Source of the DNA: Azolla caroliniana
Lineage: Eukaryota; Plantae; Polypodiophyta
Length of the DNA: 64,000 nucleotides
NCBI GenBank assembly: GCA_043228905.1
Contig: JBHGNT010000002.1
Location: 9,982,001 to 10,046,000, forward strand
Reading direction: 5' to 3'
A program made the position numbers and the translations under genes. Positions 60,701-64,000 of this stretch are shown piece by piece (position 1 is the stretch's first letter; every line of letters begins with the position of its first letter). The notes below the pieces were generated by a model, which was not told the DNA's origin, did no database searches, and was given only the letters and a program-made list of their open reading frames with translations.

Positions 60701-62492
60701 CCAGCCTTTGCCCTTCTCCTCTCTTGGATCTCAACATAAATATGAAGAAAAGCTCGCCTATTTCTTGCGATATGACATCTTGGTAGCTTTATTTAAGTCA
60801 TGACCTGATTGTGTGCGTGTGCCTTAAAACTGTGAGGGGCCCATAGGGGTTTCATTGGTGTGACTGGTATTACTAACTGAATTTCCATGGAAAAAACGAT
60901 ATGGAATCTTCTGAGAAAAATGAAATTCTAACTCTTAAATGAAAATTAATGTGTTTTAACTTTGAAACATTCTGAAGCTTCAAAGTTTCAATTGGCGGGG
61001 TTGAAATGTATGAAACCATAGTACGAAACATACTCGAATGCATTTGCAAACATTCTTTTTCATACGTTTGCAAACGAATGTGTATGTTATGAAAACATAC
61101 TTATGTTTTTTTTACGTTTTTTACTGTAACTTTCTTACCTTAAAAAAAGTTTTACCTTAAAATAAATAATGAATACAAAGTATGGTATTTACCATACTTC
61201 GAGGGTGTTGAAACATATTCGAATGTGAATGCATGTATGGTGCGTATGGTTCATACTATGTATGAAACTATTGATAGTATGGCTGGGTTGTGCTTCCCTT
61301 GGAACTTTCCTTACCCAAGTGCACTCTGTCATTCAATATACCTCATAGATGATTACAATTTGTCATATAACTGAACCATGCGTTTTAACATGGTACGAAA
61401 TCTGGTTAGCGTAATTCATTGCGAATTGTGAACACGTCATGAGTAGAATACTGTAAGTTGTGGCAATTGAAGTACAACTATGTCCTTGTATGGATATGAT
61501 TAGCAGCCTACATGATGAAAGCTGGATCAACCTATGATGAATAAGATTCTCATGTCAACATGTTCAAATCTGTAGAAATCTTTCTTCACATGTCTCCAAT
61601 GGTTTACAATGCATGGTATCCATATTGATGTATATGCACTATGTTGACTTCCAGTTTGCTACTTGTATGTGAAAAACAAGTGTAGATCTTGCTAGTAATG
61701 TTCTGCACAATGTTGTTAAATTTTGATTTTTAAAAAGGGAAAGAGAAAGATTTATTATGTTTGAATGAGTAATCCCAAAGTTAAAAATACAGGCAGAATT
61801 TGCAAAATCAGCTGTTGACTACCTCCATAGAGTTGGACGAACGGCAAGGGCAGGTCAGTTTGGAATTGTAACGAGTTTGTATACAGCAGAAAATAGAGCG
61901 CTTGTAGAGGCAGTGAAGCAAGCTGAAGAAGCAGGCCTTTCTGTGGTATGTATTTTCCTTCATTTCCATTTCCTAGTTTAATGTGTTTTAAAGTTGTTCT
62001 AAGGATCACAAAGAAAGATTTAGTTTCTATTTATCCATCTACATGCTTGCGTGGTTTCATGAACAGCATCTGCTTTGATATTATTGATGTTTAGGAAACC
62101 TAAATCTTTTATCATATGGGTTAACCTGAAGCTCCTCATAATCCTCATAATTTGTTGTGATTTGTCTCATCATTTGCCTGAAGCAACCTATTCGTTGATA
62201 TTCCGGTTTTTTGTAAACTTAAGTGGGAGAAATATGTTTGACCTGGATACTGAACCATCTACAAAGTTCTGCCTTCTCCACTTCTATTTAGGTGGATTTT
62301 TATAAGATAGAGCATTCAATAAATTTGTGGGTCCTTTTTACCCGCTTTTGCATGTATACAGGATTACATGGAGAAATGTGGAAATATATCATAAACTGAT
62401 ATACTTGTGAAATGGTGCAGGAGAGCGTTTTCAGTCGGAAAAGGAGTTTCCGAAATAAGCTGAAAAAAGCTGGTATTAGTGTGTTTTTTTAA
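53987..62492 (+). CDS. RH22: Plastid-targeted DEAD-box RNA helicase 22-like. Exons 53987-54433, 57677-57976, 58693-58815, 58894-59348, 60172-60487, 61793-61945, 62421-62472 or 62492; last exon uncertain (possible 62616-62641)
   Basis: Ser-rich transit-like N-terminus, Q motif WKSLGL..RPSAVQ, AETGSGKT, LCPNAMLCEQV, VATPAAL, DEAD, AATLP, TDSAARGLDI, HRVGRTARAG and C-terminal FSRKRSFRNK. All introns are GT-AG and in phase. Confidence 0.9.
54462..54697. repeat. Two (GA)n microsatellites at the start of intron 1
   Basis: Runs at 54462-54510 and about 54640-54697, each followed by a similar TATTAT..CCAGGG.GTTCA motif. Confidence 0.9.
55930..56753 (-). mobile_element. Second copy of the hAT MITE, in RH22 intron 1
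   Basis: Reverse complement of 42820-43677; ends CATGGTGGTT / AACAACCTTG; imperfect TSD TATCTATT/GTTCTATT. Confidence 0.9.
58048..58310. repeat. About 88-bp tandem repeat x3 in RH22 intron 2
   Basis: TGTATTGAA..AGAAACATATTTCATA..TGGAATAGCATGCAT occurs three times. Confidence 0.85.
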
Positions 62493-64000
62493 GTTCATTT
62501 AAGTTCTAATGCTCAGCAAGTGATCAAATGTCATTCACTTGAAGAAAATAACTTTACATGCACAATTTTTTCTTATTAAAAAGATTAGCTGTGTAAATTT
62601 ACTTCAGTGTTTCAGATTCAGTGGAAACCTTAAAGAGTTAGTTTGACCATTAGTAGGTTTTTTAAAAAATGTTCTGTTTTACAGCAATGATTGCTCGATG
62701 ACTTTCAAGAACTAGATTTGGGGTGTATTTAGCAATAAGTTGTGGAAAACGTCATCTCCAAGGTAAAATTATTCGTTCCTGGATATGGTGGATTAAATGT
62801 GTTTTTTGGTGTTTTTGTAAGGTGACTAAGCTTTCAATATACTTGGTGGACATCATTTGTTTTGACAGTAGCCAGAAAATTATCTGAAGTATCTTCTTAA
62901 AGAATGTTTCTGGCATGAGGACTCGTTATGGATCTATCCGTGTTCAGAGACACATTGTTTGTGTCTTCTTTTTTATCAGTGATCAATGGCCTGTATGGAA
63001 GCTAAAGCCTAAGTATCTATTATTCTATTTTACTTTTTTTTATCAGTGATCAACGACCTGTATGGGTGAGAAATGTGAATTGTAACTCTGGTCACCATGT
63101 TGTGAGTTAGGTTGGAGAAAACTTGGACTCATATTTGGGCCCTTGGGAAGCTTTCCATGTAGGCAGTGGCAAACAAGAAATTGAGGAAAGATAATGCTGG
63201 AAACAGGAAATTGAGAATAATTAACTTTTGACTGTTTGAACAAATAATGCTGAATAAAGGAACACTTTGTATTCAGTAAATTGATCAATGTTGAAAGGTG
63301 GTTTATAAAATAGTGTGATTTCATGCATGATCCTCTTATATTTATAGGATTTCGAAACCCAAAAGAAAGAAATCTGAATTCTTAAAATAAGACAATTTCT
63401 ATGCTTGCCGTTACTTTGTTGGTCAAACTTTGATGTATATAGGCATGTATACATACTCCAAAGCACTTGAAAGATCAGGCCTTTGAATTTATGCCTTCAG
63501 GAATCTTCACTTTGAATGGAGATACTGTATAGCAGTGAAATCCACTAGTTCACATGTGAGAAACAAACTTCATGCTTACTAAATGTGCATTTTGAAAAAC
63601 CTTTGAATGTGTTGGTTAATGTGTAAACAAACCCAAGTGATGTGGAAAGTGCAATGCCCCTTGGTAATGTCTAAAATGCCAACAGACACATCACTAGGCA
63701 AATGCTTGGCCTCTTTAACGAATGTGACTACGATATGTTTGGCTTGTGGACATGTCATCACCTCCTCAGTACTTGTAGGTGTCATGACATTTGTTTCATT
63801 TGGGTTGGCTTACTTCTTGTGTTGGTGACATGAATTGCAGGCTCTGATGTGCAATTTTAGTTTGGGTAGCCCAAGCATTTGACGAGGTAAGCAGTTGGTT
63901 CTAGTAGCAATGTGCGCAGAGTATTTGCTCCACTTTGTATTTTTCATGACCCCAAACTTCCATAGGTGAGAGTGGTGGTTGTGTGCTTAGGTCCTATGAG

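Noticed and set aside
60840-61275. Possible MITE in RH22 intron 5 (GTTTCAT/ATGAAAC ends, repeated GAAACATA motifs)
   Set aside because: No matching TSD or clear TIR could be defined by eye.
63000-64000. Short ORFs downstream of RH22
   Set aside because: No recognisable domain or splice-consistent structure.

Overview
Eukaryotic land-plant DNA; the TE lineages and gene style suggest a non-seed plant such as a fern (inference). Positions 1-53.2 kb are a nest of LTR retrotransposons whose insertion order can be read from intact target-site duplications (TSDs). Nest 1: a chromovirus-type Gypsy hosts Copia A (TSD CTTTT), which hosts Copia B (GGTTG), which hosts the young, ORF-intact Copia C (CGAAG, near-identical 772-bp LTRs). 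Nest 2: Copia D hosts Gypsy F (AGGAG), which hosts a hAT MITE and two back-to-back solo LTRs. A MULE/SWIM transposase relic follows. The one host gene, a plastid DEAD-box RNA helicase (RH22-like, at least 7 exons), lies at 53987-62.5 kb. Most unusual: (1) a Gypsy lineage primed by tRNA-Trp, with a GGAUUUU slippery site plus predicted pseudoknot between protease and RT and apparent (A/T)CGT 4-bp targeting; (2) an extra sense ORF behind pol in two divergent Gypsy copies, with synonymous-biased divergence and a conserved ABRE/RY-type upstream block; (3) a stem enclosing the PPT in three Copia families; (4) a tRNA-like Pol III cassette inside a solo LTR; (5) templated filler DNA at a deletion scar. 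All coordinates and alignments were read by eye; no searches or folding programs were run.
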